From the IMG/VR virus record IMGVR_UViG_3300013121_000023, positions 32,001-96,000 of that record: a stretch of 64,000 bases of DNA, one strand, 5' to 3'. Source of the DNA: a virus (lineage: Duplodnaviria; Caudoviricetes). Below, in pieces: positions 1 through 9,866 of this stretch (its first letter is position 1; each line of letters starts with the position of its first letter). Made by a program: the position numbers and the translations under genes. The notes below the pieces were generated by a model. It was given only the letters and a program-made list of their open reading frames with translations. It made no database searches and had not been told where the DNA came from.

Positions 1-214
1 TACTAATAACTGTGAGTATCTCCGATACATTCTTTAGAGACTCGTTTACACCGTGTATTTCCCCTCCCATTCTGTCTAGTCTCACCTGCGTATCCACGAA
101 ATGTTCATTTTGTCGGGCATGAACATACTTCATACGCTTTTCCAAAACGGAAAGGCGAGTCTCTACATCAAGCCCATCTACTGACTCGGGGTATACATCC
201 GGTTCATCGGTCAT
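1..214 (-). CDS. Hypothetical protein, partial (runs off left edge), coiled-coil-like
   Basis: ATG at 214 with GGAGG RBS (cctcc 221-225 on +); frame open to position 1 (MTDEPDVYPESVDGLDVETRLSVLEKRMK...). Confidence 0.6.
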   Translation of the reverse strand, partial: MTDEPDVYPESVDGLDVETRLSVLEKRMKYVHARQNEHFVDTQVRLDRMGGEIHGVNESLKNVSEILTVIS

Positions 215-260
215 AAAAATCCTCCAGGCTTCATTTTACCTGGGTATAGATCTTTACGGG

Positions 261-296
261 AGCTAAAGAAGAGGTAGCGTTTCCGCTTCCTCTTCT
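261..296 (-). terminator. Intrinsic terminator with TTTAGCT tail
   Basis: Minus strand agaagagg-a-agcg-GAAA-cgct-a-cctcttct followed by ttagct. Confidence 0.75.
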
Positions 297-301
297 AACG
301 T

Positions 302-1495
302 TAACGCAGCCAAGTCCTCATCCACCAAGTCTGCGCCGCGCATGATAGCGCCAGCGTAATCTTGGTAGGTGAGTCTCTTGTCCAAATCCGGGGCTGACTT
401 AGCTAGAAAAGACAAAATGTTCGACAGAGCATACCTATTGTTGCCCGAAGGTACGCTCTCCATGTCTCGCATCGGTGAATCCCAAATGTCTTTTACTCTG
501 GCTACCTCCCCCTTGCTCATCTTGGCGCTGAGCTTCTTGCTCACTGCATTCCATGTGAGCTTTTCTTCCGCCGCTTCTCTTATTGTGCTGAGCGTTTTCT
601 CTATGCTGGCTTCCCCCAACACATCTCGAACTACGTCACCAGCTGTGAGCAGTATCGTTTTTGTGTCTGATTGATACGTCTCTGGTGAGAGCCTGATGCC
701 TGATGGCAGCCTCTTACCAAGATGTACTTCCTTCATGGCTGTTTCACCAATAGCCAAGTTCGTACACCAGCACCTGATGAAGAAACCCCTTATCGAGAAG
801 GCTCCAACGCCGTAATCAGAGTGTCGCATCTCCAGCCCAAACAGCATGGGCTCCCCAGGTATTGGTGTGAAGATCTTAGGCACAATGACCCTCGCAGAAA
901 ATCGGAGGTCCGAGAACAGAGCTTCTGAAGCCACTGCTCCGATCTTCCCTATCTCGGAGACAATGCCGGCCAGTAGCTCATCGCTATTGAACGGCTTGTA
1001 GTGGTTGGACAGGAACGCCTTTATCTCAGGATGCCCGGCGCCTGCTGACATGCGAACCAACCAGTCTTTATTCAATCCGGGGTTTTTATCGAAGTATTTA
1101 TTGAGCGTGTGACTAAGCAACTCTTTTTTCGCTGTAGTCCACTCGTCTTCCTTGTCACCCTGAAGAAGACTGTTGATGTATACCTTTGGGATTCCCGCGA
1201 CAGATGCTATCTGTTGGATAGCGTTTCTGTGCATAGGATACTCATTTGTTGAGTTTCTCTTGCTGGCCAGTATAGACTGTCCACTCACCCCAAACTGAAG
1301 TTCTGACCCCTTAACAACATGATCTCTTGGTACGTCTTTCTTAAGTTGCTCCACAAGTGAAGCAAATTGCGCTTTCCCAGTGTCGATCTGCATCTGCATC
1401 TTTGCGATGGCGTAATCCTCTGCTTTTTTGTTAGCCTGCGCATAATCTTCTGTTCCATGATGAAAACGGTTTCCAACAACGTCGTTGTTCAACAT
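302..1495 (-). CDS. DUF932-like phage/plasmid protein (ends at TTA 302-304; 263 under standard code)
   Basis: Motifs AIQQIASVAGIP, AFLSNHYKPF and HSDYGVGAFSI...CWCTNLAI recall DUF932; first in-frame TTA lies 5 nt before the terminator. Confidence 0.65.
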
Positions 1496-1537
1496 TTGAT
1501 CTTAGTCCTTTTTTAGCGAAGACTTCTTCGCACGGCT

Positions 1538-1562
1538 CTCATGCCAGTGCTGGGTGGTTTTT
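1538..1562 (-). promoter_or_regulatory. Variant of phage promoter motif (GGCATGAG)
   Basis: Minus strand AAAAA-N12-GGCATGAGA-gcc-GTG upstream of the DUF932-like gene. Confidence 0.4.
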
Positions 1563-1634
1563 TGTCTTTAGAAAACTTTTGTATAAACGTGTCATGAGAG
1601 GCCCGAAGTATTTTTCAATTCTCAAAAAATAATC

Positions 1635-1662
1635 TTGACACAACCAACACGGGCTTTATAAA
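1635..1662 (+). promoter_or_regulatory. Host sigma70-type promoter
   Basis: TTGACA-N16-TATAAA with A-rich upstream element, just before the rightward operon at 1681. Confidence 0.6.
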
Positions 1663-1680
1663 GTCCAAGGAAGATGAGAC

Positions 1681-1956
1681 GTGAGCGACGGATCATCTAA
1701 GAGACAAGTGGCTGTCACGACCAAGAGCGGTCGTGCCATAGGTGAAATACTGCTAGAAATAGTAGCGATTCGCCGAAATGATCGTACGTTTAAAGAAGTG
1801 AACGTACACCTGAACGTTGGTACAAAAAGATTGACTATCTTCAGAAGTAATCTAAGTGCTGTCATAGAAGCCCTTAAGAAAGCGTCTGAGGTAGCTGACA
1901 ATATGTACGTAGAAGCGTACACAGAGGAACTAGGAGACCAAAATGAACATCGATGA
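1681..1956 (+). CDS. Hypothetical protein
   Basis: GTG start after aaggaag; first gene of operon. Confidence 0.65.
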   Translation: MSDGSSKRQVAVTTKSGRAIGEILLEIVAIRRNDRTFKEVNVHLNVGTKRLTIFRSNLSAVIEALKKASEVADNMYVEAYTEELGDQNEHR

Positions 1957-2419
1957 CTTCAAGAAGTTGCTCAAGGACGGTAGGTATCAGAATGCGGCGT
2001 CGGCTAGTAAGGCCCTTGGTCGCTCTTCTATGACAGAAGAAGACAAGACGGCTGCGAAGGCCGCGATTGCTCGCAAGTTCAAGGTCGAGAAGACGGCCGA
2101 GAAGGCTCCAGCTGCTAAGGCGGCTACCAAGACGGCTGCTAAGGCTGGTGCGAAGACTGGTGCGAAGGCTGGTATTAATCTCCCAGTTGCTAAGGCGGCT
2201 GCCAAGGTAGAGAAGGTGGTGAAGCGCGGTCCTGGCAGGCCTCCCAAGACTGATAAGAAGGCGGTAGCCCCTGCGGCACCTGTTAAGAGAGGCCCGGGGA
2301 GGCCCAAGAAGACAGTAGAGGCTGCTACCAAAAGCGCCCCCACTGCGAGCGCTCCTGCGAAGCGTCGTGGCCGCCCACCGAAGCAGAAGTCTGCCTCGTC
2401 TGAAGCTACCGCAGTCTGA
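1943..2419 (+). CDS. Histone-like / HMGA-like DNA-binding protein with three AT-hooks
   Basis: Lys/Ala-rich; KRGPGRPPK, KRGPGRPKK, KRRGRPPKQK; aggag RBS. Confidence 0.8.
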   Translation: MNIDDFKKLLKDGRYQNAASASKALGRSSMTEEDKTAAKAAIARKFKVEKTAEKAPAAKAATKTAAKAGAKTGAKAGINLPVAKAAAKVEKVVKRGPGRPPKTDKKAVAPAAPVKRGPGRPKKTVEAATKSAPTASAPAKRRGRPPKQKSASSEATAV

Positions 2420-2448
2420 TTTCAACACCTAGAAAGAAGGAAAAGAAC

Positions 2449-3171
2449 ATGGCAACTGTTTCTGAATGGATTGCTCTTCTGCAAAGCGGTAAGTACCAAG
2501 GCGTCGGCGGCGCCAGCAAGTCTCTCGGGAAGACAGCTAGCAGCAGCGGCTGGTCGGATAAGGAGCGGGCCAAGGCAAAGACTGCTCTTGACACCTACTT
2601 TGGCGGTGATGCCAAGGAGGCAACAGCTGTTGAAGCTGAGCCTGCCCCCGTGAAGATCATTCACGCCAAGACTTCTGAAGGTAAGGCGGTACCTGTTAAC
2701 AAGACTCTTGCCGCACCAAAGGCAAAGAGGGGCAGCTCAGGTACTATGCTAGAGCAGCAGGCTGCTAATGCCGGTGCCAATATGGTACCTGGTATCAAGG
2801 CGCTTACAGATGCAGACATGGTTGCTCGACTGAATGCGTTTTCGAGCGATCACAACCTGCATCAGACCTTGGCCGTTTTGAATATGGCCATTTCGCCAGT
2901 TGGTGCTGGTGGGAAGTCTCTGGCCGACATGTACCCGGCAATAATGGACAAGGTTAGAGAACTGGCGCACAAGGTACTGGACAGGCAGCTGTCTGTTGGC
3001 AGTACTTCTATTCCTGCGGCTTCTAGCGCAGAAGCCAGCACAGCTTCAGTAGTCGAGGCAGCTGAAGTAGAGATAGACGAGGATGCCGTGCCTGCCGTGC
3101 CTGCTACCGCTTTTAGGCGTCAGCCTAAAGAAGAGGTAGTAGACGCTGAGGACGCTGCTGGTGACCTGTTA
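2449..3171 (+). CDS. Hypothetical protein sharing N-terminal domain with 1943..2419 (ends at TTA 3169-3171; 3180 standard)
   Basis: LLQSGKYQ..ASKSLGK vs LLKDGRYQ..ASKALGR; acidic tail; TTA just before terminator. Confidence 0.7.
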
Positions 3172-3178
3172 TTTAGAT

Positions 3179-3211
3179 AAAGGAGGGGCTTAGGCCCCTC
3201 CTTTTTAGCTA
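3179..3211 (+). terminator. Intrinsic terminator, probably bidirectional, with TTTTTAGCTA tail
   Basis: aaggaggggc-ttag-gcccctcctt then tttagctag, between convergent genes. Confidence 0.85.
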
Positions 3212-3588
3212 GCCCGAATCTTCAAAAGGTTCGGGCTTTCTTCATTTATGGCTACCAAGGCTTCTCCCAAAGAAACCTCATCGCCCATGTCCACTGGTTG
3301 CATGAACCATGACACAGATGCGGTTTCGGTTTCATATGTACACTTGAGATAGTCTTTTGTTTTTTCACAAAACATAACGCTATGAGGGTTTATTTCTGCC
3401 ACCATTTCTTTAGCTTCTCTCAAGCTACGCACCTCAGATATAAGCCTCTTATAGCTAGTCACTGATCCGTCTGATGAAAGTACTTGATTCTTTGGCCAAA
3501 GGATCAATAGTAGGCCTTCTTTAGGTTCTTCAAGCCATTTTGCCTTTAGTAGTTGCACTATGTTTATAGCTTCCTTCATTATAGACAT
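3205..3588 (-). CDS. Hypothetical protein
   Basis: 127-aa ORF, no in-frame TTA, converges on terminator. Confidence 0.6.
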   Translation of the reverse strand: MSIMKEAINIVQLLKAKWLEEPKEGLLLILWPKNQVLSSDGSVTSYKRLISEVRSLREAKEMVAEINPHSVMFCEKTKDYLKCTYETETASVSWFMQPVDMGDEVSLGEALVAINEESPNLLKIRAS

Positions 3589-3903
3589 ATGAACGGTGTA
3601 GCCTCCGAAATGGTCAAGGATCTCTTGGCCAAGTTTTCTTTTTATCTACCACAACTAGCCAATAACTGTAATGCTGAAGTAAAGATACGTCGAGGAGTAC
3701 CAGATGGGTCTTTTACCGTGGTCGTTACTTGGGCTAAACCAGATGGAAGCACATCAACGTTTACTCAGCCGTTTACAGCTGAGTATGTTTTTGGCGATAC
3801 TTACGATGACGACAAGCCTACTAAAGTAGGTTGTGTTAGACACTTCTGTATGGACATATACAAGAGTGTCACCATGATGAAAGCTAAGGAGTCCAAGCCA
3901 TGA
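3589..3903 (+). CDS. Hypothetical protein
   Basis: ATG 3589; ATGA overlap with next gene. Confidence 0.65.
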   Translation: MNGVASEMVKDLLAKFSFYLPQLANNCNAEVKIRRGVPDGSFTVVVTWAKPDGSTSTFTQPFTAEYVFGDTYDDDKPTKVGCVRHFCMDIYKSVTMMKAKESKP

Positions 3904-4283
3904 GCTACACACTAACGGACGATGAGTTTGAGGCGTTTAAAGCGCTGGCCACGAAGTACGTAACAGACCAAGCAGAACTTAGAAATATAACGTCTTTTAT
4001 AGAGCACGTAGAGAAGAATAACGGCAGAGTTTCTTACTTTGCGGTTATCTTGTGGACAGAGGCTGGTACTGCATTGCCAGCCGGCGCTGTGTACCCTACC
4101 AACTGGCCTGAGTCGCTTAAAACCACAATAAAGCTAGCTAGACCTATTACTAAGAGCGACGTGGACAATACACTCAGATCCGTGGCTATAAAACCGGTTG
4201 GTATACAAATAACGACTACAGACCCAGCCGGTGTCCTAGGTCTTGTTACATATCCAGTAAAGTACGGAGTTGAATATGCATGA
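3900..4283 (+). CDS. Hypothetical protein
   Basis: aaggag RBS, coupled ORF. Confidence 0.7.
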   Translation: MSYTLTDDEFEAFKALATKYVTDQAELRNITSFIEHVEKNNGRVSYFAVILWTEAGTALPAGAVYPTNWPESLKTTIKLARPITKSDVDNTLRSVAIKPVGIQITTTDPAGVLGLVTYPVKYGVEYA

Positions 4284-4545
4284 TAGGCGCATAGACACTC
4301 TCCTTACTGTTCGCATCACTAGTCCTTTGGGCAGTGAGTACATACTACCTAATGTACGCGCGTTGGAACTTGATCAAACTGTTTCATTCATGAATGACCA
4401 AGCTTCTAAAATGAGCACTCTTTTGTTGGTAAATTACCAGCAAGCCACACTTTCAGTGCCCATGCGGTTGGTCATAAAAGTGGAAGAAAAAGAAGAAACG
4501 GGTGATTGGGTAGTTAGATGGAGTAGAGATGTCAAAGTGCGTTAA
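4270..4545 (+). CDS. Hypothetical protein
   Basis: Tightly packed ORF in operon. Confidence 0.6.
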   Translation: MNMHDRRIDTLLTVRITSPLGSEYILPNVRALELDQTVSFMNDQASKMSTLLLVNYQQATLSVPMRLVIKVEEKEETGDWVVRWSRDVKVR

Positions 4546-4825
4546 TTGCGGTAATGACGGGGTTACGAAATCGTTTGTTGGCGCTATTGTATGTGAGCCA
4601 TGCTTTGCCCTGGCTTCTTCTAAATTGGAGCAGATACACAGACAACTAGAACAAATGAAGAACATGGCTATTGAGGCAATACGTGTCGGCCTAATAGAAA
4701 GCAGAATCCATGTACAAGACGCTGGTGCAAGTATGCCGGCTATAGACAAGAAAGGAGTGCTGAAAGAAATTGTCAAACAAGCAACCAGAAAGCAAAATAA
4801 TTGTGAGCCATCAAGGGGTAGATAA
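4529..4825 (+). CDS. Small zinc-finger protein
   Basis: CVNC...CEPC followed by helical segment. Confidence 0.6.
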   Translation: MSKCVNCGNDGVTKSFVGAIVCEPCFALASSKLEQIHRQLEQMKNMAIEAIRVGLIESRIHVQDAGASMPAIDKKGVLKEIVKQATRKQNNCEPSRGR

Positions 4826-5195
4826 CATAGGTGAATTTACTGAGTTTGCCGGCCCAGACATACTAAAAGTGGGCCCGTCAGAACTGTTTAGTTTTTCCGG
4901 TGTGCTGTCACTTAACAATGTGGGGCACAACATATATGCCTCGCACTGCAATCTTTCTTTCTTGAGAAAATGCTCGATAAAGAGAGATTCAGTTATTGTT
5001 GACGTTGGACATATATACGTGTGTACTGTTACTAAGCTATCTCTTGATTTTGAATACGATAGATTTTTTACCAGATTTATTGCAACAAATCTGTTTCCAA
5101 ACCATAGTTCAGAAAACGACTCTGCTGTTCCACAGGCCATAGCCATGGTCTTGACCGAGTTTGGAGGCTACGTTGGCAAAGAGAGATGTCGCTAA
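4770..5195 (+). CDS. Hypothetical protein
   Basis: Operon-packed ORF; start uncertain. Confidence 0.55.
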   Translation: MSNKQPESKIIVSHQGVDNIGEFTEFAGPDILKVGPSELFSFSGVLSLNNVGHNIYASHCNLSFLRKCSIKRDSVIVDVGHIYVCTVTKLSLDFEYDRFFTRFIATNLFPNHSSENDSAVPQAIAMVLTEFGGYVGKERCR

Positions 5196-6303
5196 GCAGT
5201 ATCAAGACGAGCTTGCTGCTAGGCTGCGAACACAGACCATAGCGCCTCAGAGAAGCGTTCCACCTATACCCAGGTTGAACAGCGAAGTGGTGCCAGGTAC
5301 AACCATGTCAGAACAGGCCATGATGGCGGCTGCTTCTGGCGGTGTACCTAGTAGCTCTATCTTTGATGTAAAACCTCAAGCTGGTCTTCTCCCAAACGAT
5401 GTTCTTGTTCCAGAAGCCAAGAACGATCCAGCTTACAGGCAGGGGGCTGGGGCTGATATAGCCATAAACCAACCAGACCTAGCTCGTAAGCACGGTGTTA
5501 TCAGGGGCGGCAAGAGGTTGGCCCCAGACATGCTTTTTGACAGGTCTGGTCCCCTAGATGGCCCAGTGGGAACAAGAAAGCTTAGCCAAGAGACACAAGA
5601 CAGTCTGCGGGCTTTGGCTGAGTTTAATGAGGCCGCAAAGAAAGCCAACGGACCCACTGAACTTACTGAAGTAAGTGCTAGTAACGATGGCGGCCTTAGC
5701 TCGGCGGCTACAGCTGCTAACACATCTGGTAACAACATAAAGCCTGCTGAAAAAGCACCGACTCTAGAAGAGTTGAAATCGAAGCTAGATGACTTCGATA
5801 TGGACACTCTTCGTACTGCTATGTTGAGAGATATCCTCAACAACGAAGAGCAGCGGTCAATAGTAGAGAAGCGTCTAAAGCCATTGAGCTTGGACAGCAT
5901 TATTATGACTGGGTACGTAGAGCAAGATGTACCTATCATACTCCCAAAAGAGGGAGTCACTGCTGGCTTTATACCTAGATTTAGAAGCGTAGACCCCATA
6001 AGCGACCTCACTATAAAGAGGTGGCTCATGGAAGAAATTTACGGATTGAATGTGTCAGAGCGTTACTACCTGGATAAGTACGCTTTGATGAACATTACCC
6101 TGTCAGTGGTAGCTATAAACGGGAAACATCTTCCAGATCCATACGACGCGGACAAAAAACTAGACCAAAAGCTTTTCTTCACCAAGTTCAATTTCTTGAT
6201 GAAGTACCCAATACACATGATTGCTTCTCTGGGAGTTCATATTTTCTACTTCGATATAAGGTGTAGAAAGCTCTTCGTCGCCGAAGAAATAAAAAATGGC
6301 TAG
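5161..6303 (+). CDS. Putative tail assembly chaperone (gpG-like) with terminal slippery site
   Basis: Ends ...ATA AAA AAT GGC TAG; A-AAA-AAT heptamer at 6291-6297 connects in the -1 frame to the downstream ORF. Confidence 0.55.
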   Translation: MEATLAKRDVAKQYQDELAARLRTQTIAPQRSVPPIPRLNSEVVPGTTMSEQAMMAAASGGVPSSSIFDVKPQAGLLPNDVLVPEAKNDPAYRQGAGADIAINQPDLARKHGVIRGGKRLAPDMLFDRSGPLDGPVGTRKLSQETQDSLRALAEFNEAAKKANGPTELTEVSASNDGGLSSAATAANTSGNNIKPAEKAPTLEELKSKLDDFDMDTLRTAMLRDILNNEEQRSIVEKRLKPLSLDSIIMTGYVEQDVPIILPKEGVTAGFIPRFRSVDPISDLTIKRWLMEEIYGLNVSERYYLDKYALMNITLSVVAINGKHLPDPYDADKKLDQKLFFTKFNFLMKYPIHMIASLGVHIFYFDIRCRKLFVAEEIKNG

Positions 6304-6731
6304 CAACTCCTGAAGGGTGGGCTAGAGCATCCTTGCTTCTGCACACCCTGCGTGAGCCACCCCAAAGGGGGTCAGTTCAGGAGTTTGCGCTCACGCTTTT
6401 CATGTTTATGAAAGAACAGATAGAGCATGAAAAGCTGAGGGCTATCGCGCAAATCCTTCTAGATAAGGAATCAGGCGTAAAGGCCTTTGACGAGTACATC
6501 AAGACGGCATTCCCGTGGCACAAGACGGCTCAAGAGAGACACGACAGGGCGATAAAAGAGATGATGGAAAAAGAATTCTCTCGTGGCCCTATCGTCGTTA
6601 CGCCGCAGATAGTTGGGTCTCCTACCAGCAAGCTGTACAACAAAATGGTCAGTAGAGATCCACTAAAAGCACCTGTTGGTAATCCAGAAGTCTATAAGCG
6701 TATAGATAGGGTAGGGTCAAAGTTCCGATGA
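6297..6731 (+). CDS. Putative gpT-like extension reached by -1 frameshift
   Basis: -1 frame is open from the slippery site (WLATPEGWARASLLLHTL...); only a TTG at 6333 without clear RBS as independent start. Confidence 0.55.
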   Translation, partial: WLATPEGWARASLLLHTLREPPQRGSVQEFALTLFMFMKEQIEHEKLRAIAQILLDKESGVKAFDEYIKTAFPWHKTAQERHDRAIKEMMEKEFSRGPIVVTPQIVGSPTSKLYNKMVSRDPLKAPVGNPEVYKRIDRVGSKFR

Positions 6732-7150
6732 CTAACGTTATCTACATGTGTCCCAAGTGCAATAGTTCAATGGTTGAGGTATCTCCATTGATAGGCGCTA
6801 ATTCCACATGCAAAGGATGTGGTTTCGAAAGTTCGGCTTCTTCTTTTGTAGCTGTTCCAGTAGATGAAAGAACGCATGCCGAAGCTACTGAATTTTATAA
6901 AAAGGAGCTGAGGAGAAAGTTCCTTCTTTTGTTTTCAGCTAGCTGCGCTGTTCCTGTAGCCAGATTTCTTAGAGAGATAGGGCTGCTTAAAAACGGTACT
7001 AAAGAAGAGATGACGAACCAACTAGCTGGATATATTAAAGCTATGGGCGAGGCCATGTTTGTTGCCATGTTTAAACACATGGAAGAAGAAGAACGGCTAA
7101 AGTCTGAAGCAAGGGTAAAAGGTATCGACAATAAAAGAAAGGCAAACTTA
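6728..7150 (+). CDS. Zinc-ribbon protein (ends at TTA 7148-7150; 7159 standard)
   Basis: CPKC...CKGC; TTATG overlap with next ATG. Confidence 0.65.
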
Positions 7151-7824
7151 TGGAACTAAGTCTAAAGTTGATCAGCGTAGACGAGTCCTTTGTACTTAGT
7201 GAAGGGAAAGTATTGCCTGTTATAACACTGGAGTTGCCAGGCGGCATACTGATTAGGTCTTACGTATCTAAAGAAACCCAGGGCATTTTGACTGAGTTGA
7301 TACGTACGGTCTACAGTATACAAAGAGAAGAAGAAGTAGCGCATAGACAAGAAGAGCTAGATCAATATTCAGCACCACCAGAACCAAATGCGTTTTGGGG
7401 CGAGGTACAAGCTCGCAGGGCAGCCCAGGAACAACCATCCAGAAGACCAGCTCCAGCTCCGCCCCCAGTACCTGAGCAAGACACCTCGTATATGACAGCC
7501 CCTATGCCCATATCAGAGCTTATGGCTAGCAAACATAGGGAACGTCAGCAGCAAGCCGAGATGGCCCCGCCTATGGTCTTTGTACCAGGGCAATCACCAT
7601 CTGAGCCGTATTCGTACGTACCTGATGAAGAGGCCAATCAGCCTCCGCAGCCAATGGCTAGAGCCAGGGTTATACCTCAGCCAGAGAAAGCAAGAGGTCC
7701 GGGCCCTAGACCGTTTATGCCGCCCATGTCTGGAACCAGACAAATCATGACTGACGAAAAAGGTAACCCCATATTGCAGCACACTGCCGACGTAGCCAGT
7801 GTGCTGGGGGATTCAGACCTATTA
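7150..7824 (+). CDS. Pro-rich hypothetical protein (ends at TTA 7822-7824; 7869 standard)
   Basis: TTATG overlap with next ATG removes a 15-codon run-on tail. Confidence 0.65.
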
Positions 7825-8297
7825 TGTATGTGTTTCCGTGTAGAGCATGTGGTGTGTGTACGCGAGTAGCTTCTGGAAGCGCTGATACTGCTTCTATTGA
7901 CTACTTGGTTGGTGAACATAGTCCATTTGCCGGTAACTATAAATGCTGCAAATGTGATTCACCGGTACATATACACAAAGAAATAGCTACTGCTGGGTCA
8001 GATCTATTGACAGGTCTTTCTTTTGTAGATCTGACGCCACAAGAGTTCTTTCAAGCGCAGCACGGTATAGGAGTACCGGCAGAGAGGGTTGTGACCAAAG
8101 AAGCCGTCGTGTCCCTCTTGACGCAAAATAAAGTCGTAGATGTAGTGGTAACGGTAGAGCAGGGCGACGTAGCTGTACACGAACTTCGACTGTCTAACGG
8201 ATACAGGTTGTATCTAGCCTCTACCATGGCCGGTCCAACTGTTTACAGAATAAGACCCCCACACAATAGGTCAGAACATGTTGCTACTCAGATATAG
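7824..8297 (+). CDS. Zinc-binding hypothetical protein
   Basis: CRAC...CCKC. Confidence 0.65.
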   Translation: MYVFPCRACGVCTRVASGSADTASIDYLVGEHSPFAGNYKCCKCDSPVHIHKEIATAGSDLLTGLSFVDLTPQEFFQAQHGIGVPAERVVTKEAVVSLLTQNKVVDVVVTVEQGDVAVHELRLSNGYRLYLASTMAGPTVYRIRPPHNRSEHVATQI

Positions 8298-8967
8298 AAG
8301 AGTAGACGGTTTTAAATGTGAAGGCGACCTGTTGTCGTCCGAAGACGGTAGCAACTTCACCACTGCCTTCGTATTTACGCATACTACGTACGAAGATATG
8401 ATCAGGTCTATCGCCAAGTACATACCTGCTGGCGGTACACCTATATTCTTCCAGAGAACAGATAAGCAGGGACTCAACCCCTACGCTCTGCCACCTGTTA
8501 TAGCTAACTACATCAAAACCGATGTGGAAAAAGCTATAAAGATGCTTTCGTTTGACAGTCCGACAGCATCTGAAATACTGGCTAAACTAAAACAAAATGG
8601 CGTAAAGCAATCGGCTCCCAAACCAAACCGTACCCGGTCACTACCTTCCGGCTACCCCAAAGAAGTAGATACCATAGGTAAAGAAGTGTACGTAAGGGTC
8701 ACTTACGATCACAGCGTAGAGTGCCCCGGTTGCGGGCATCTTATCTCTGACAGCTATAAAACTGATATTTGTTGTCCCCACTGCAACATGTCAGTTCAGG
8801 CTACCTTGCCGCCATTCATAGGGTGGCTAAAAGTTCTTGTGAAGGACTTGCTTTCTTCTGGTAGAAATGTGTTCTACCTTCCTAGAAGATGGAACCCTCA
8901 CAGAGGATTCTTGGATAGACATCAACTACTAGGCCTACTAGGCTCGTCAAAAAGGAAACAGAAATGA
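8278..8967 (+). CDS. Zinc-ribbon hypothetical protein
   Basis: CPGC...CPHC; ATGA overlap downstream. Confidence 0.65.
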   Translation: MLLLRYRRVDGFKCEGDLLSSEDGSNFTTAFVFTHTTYEDMIRSIAKYIPAGGTPIFFQRTDKQGLNPYALPPVIANYIKTDVEKAIKMLSFDSPTASEILAKLKQNGVKQSAPKPNRTRSLPSGYPKEVDTIGKEVYVRVTYDHSVECPGCGHLISDSYKTDICCPHCNMSVQATLPPFIGWLKVLVKDLLSSGRNVFYLPRRWNPHRGFLDRHQLLGLLGSSKRKQK

Positions 8968-9293
8968 ACCCTACTGAAGCTACAAAAGGTGTACTTGGTT
9001 CTCAGTCCGTACGGGATAGAACAGACAAGCCAGCACCCAAGAATACAGTTCTATACGCAACCCCTATCAAGTTGTATGCAGTCGTATACGGCGATTCTGA
9101 GGGTATCGAACGAAAAGGTCTGGCGGTGGTGGACGGAGAAGGTGTCGTCTACCTGGCCCCAAATGGCTCAGATTGGGTAGACAGACTAGGGTCTGTGTTT
9201 GATTGGTTCAAGCGCCAGTTCTTGACCAAGATCCCCTCTTCAATTGAAGACAAGAAGCAGTCAGCTCCACCCAAAACCGATGTTCCGCTCTGA
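8964..9293 (+). CDS. Hypothetical protein
   Basis: aaagga RBS, coupled start. Confidence 0.65.
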   Translation: MNPTEATKGVLGSQSVRDRTDKPAPKNTVLYATPIKLYAVVYGDSEGIERKGLAVVDGEGVVYLAPNGSDWVDRLGSVFDWFKRQFLTKIPSSIEDKKQSAPPKTDVPL

Positions 9294-9615
9294 ACAACTG
9301 AGACCGCACAATGACTCCGTTATTGTGCGGTTTATGCCGTTGGTTATGAAACGCGGGGCTATTCACCTTGTTAAAGGTGAAGACGTGTACAAAGCGACTG
9401 TACTAGCCGTTGGTCCAGGCAAGTACTACGGCGACAAAAGAGTGAAACCAGATGTGAAACCAGGTGACATAGTTGTCTTTCACAAAGACAACATGGCACA
9501 TAAATCTGGTAAGGCTCTTGTAAACGCTCTCTCTGACTTTGGTGAGGACATAATCCTTATCAAGGCCGGGGATATACTGTGCGTAGTAGACCCAGATACG
9601 GAGATAACTCTGTGA
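9280..9615 (+). CDS. groES: Co-chaperonin GroES-like protein
   Basis: LRPHNDSVIVR, ATVLAVGPG, DVKPGDIVVF and ILIKAGDILCVV match the Cpn10 pattern. Confidence 0.85.
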   Translation: MFRSEQLRPHNDSVIVRFMPLVMKRGAIHLVKGEDVYKATVLAVGPGKYYGDKRVKPDVKPGDIVVFHKDNMAHKSGKALVNALSDFGEDIILIKAGDILCVVDPDTEITL

Positions 9616-9866
9616 GGCTTGTAGAAAGAACGCAAGAGGGTCGTATAGAACTATGCTGGATGTGGCTACCTCATTGGTTGGCTACAAACAGAAACGCTCT
9701 GACTCAACTAGAGCAGGCTGTAGCAGCCAAGCTAGTTGGTCTAGAAATGACCGACGCTACTCTAGATCTAGCGCATGATCTAGTTGCTGACTCTCTACAA
9801 CGTCAGTACCCAGATGTAAAAGGTCTTCGTAACTATCTGGATTCTCTAAAATTTGTGAGCCTATTA
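9612..9866 (+). CDS. Hypothetical protein (ends at TTA 9864-9866; 9890 standard)
   Basis: GTGA start overlap; TTATG stop-start overlap. Confidence 0.6.
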
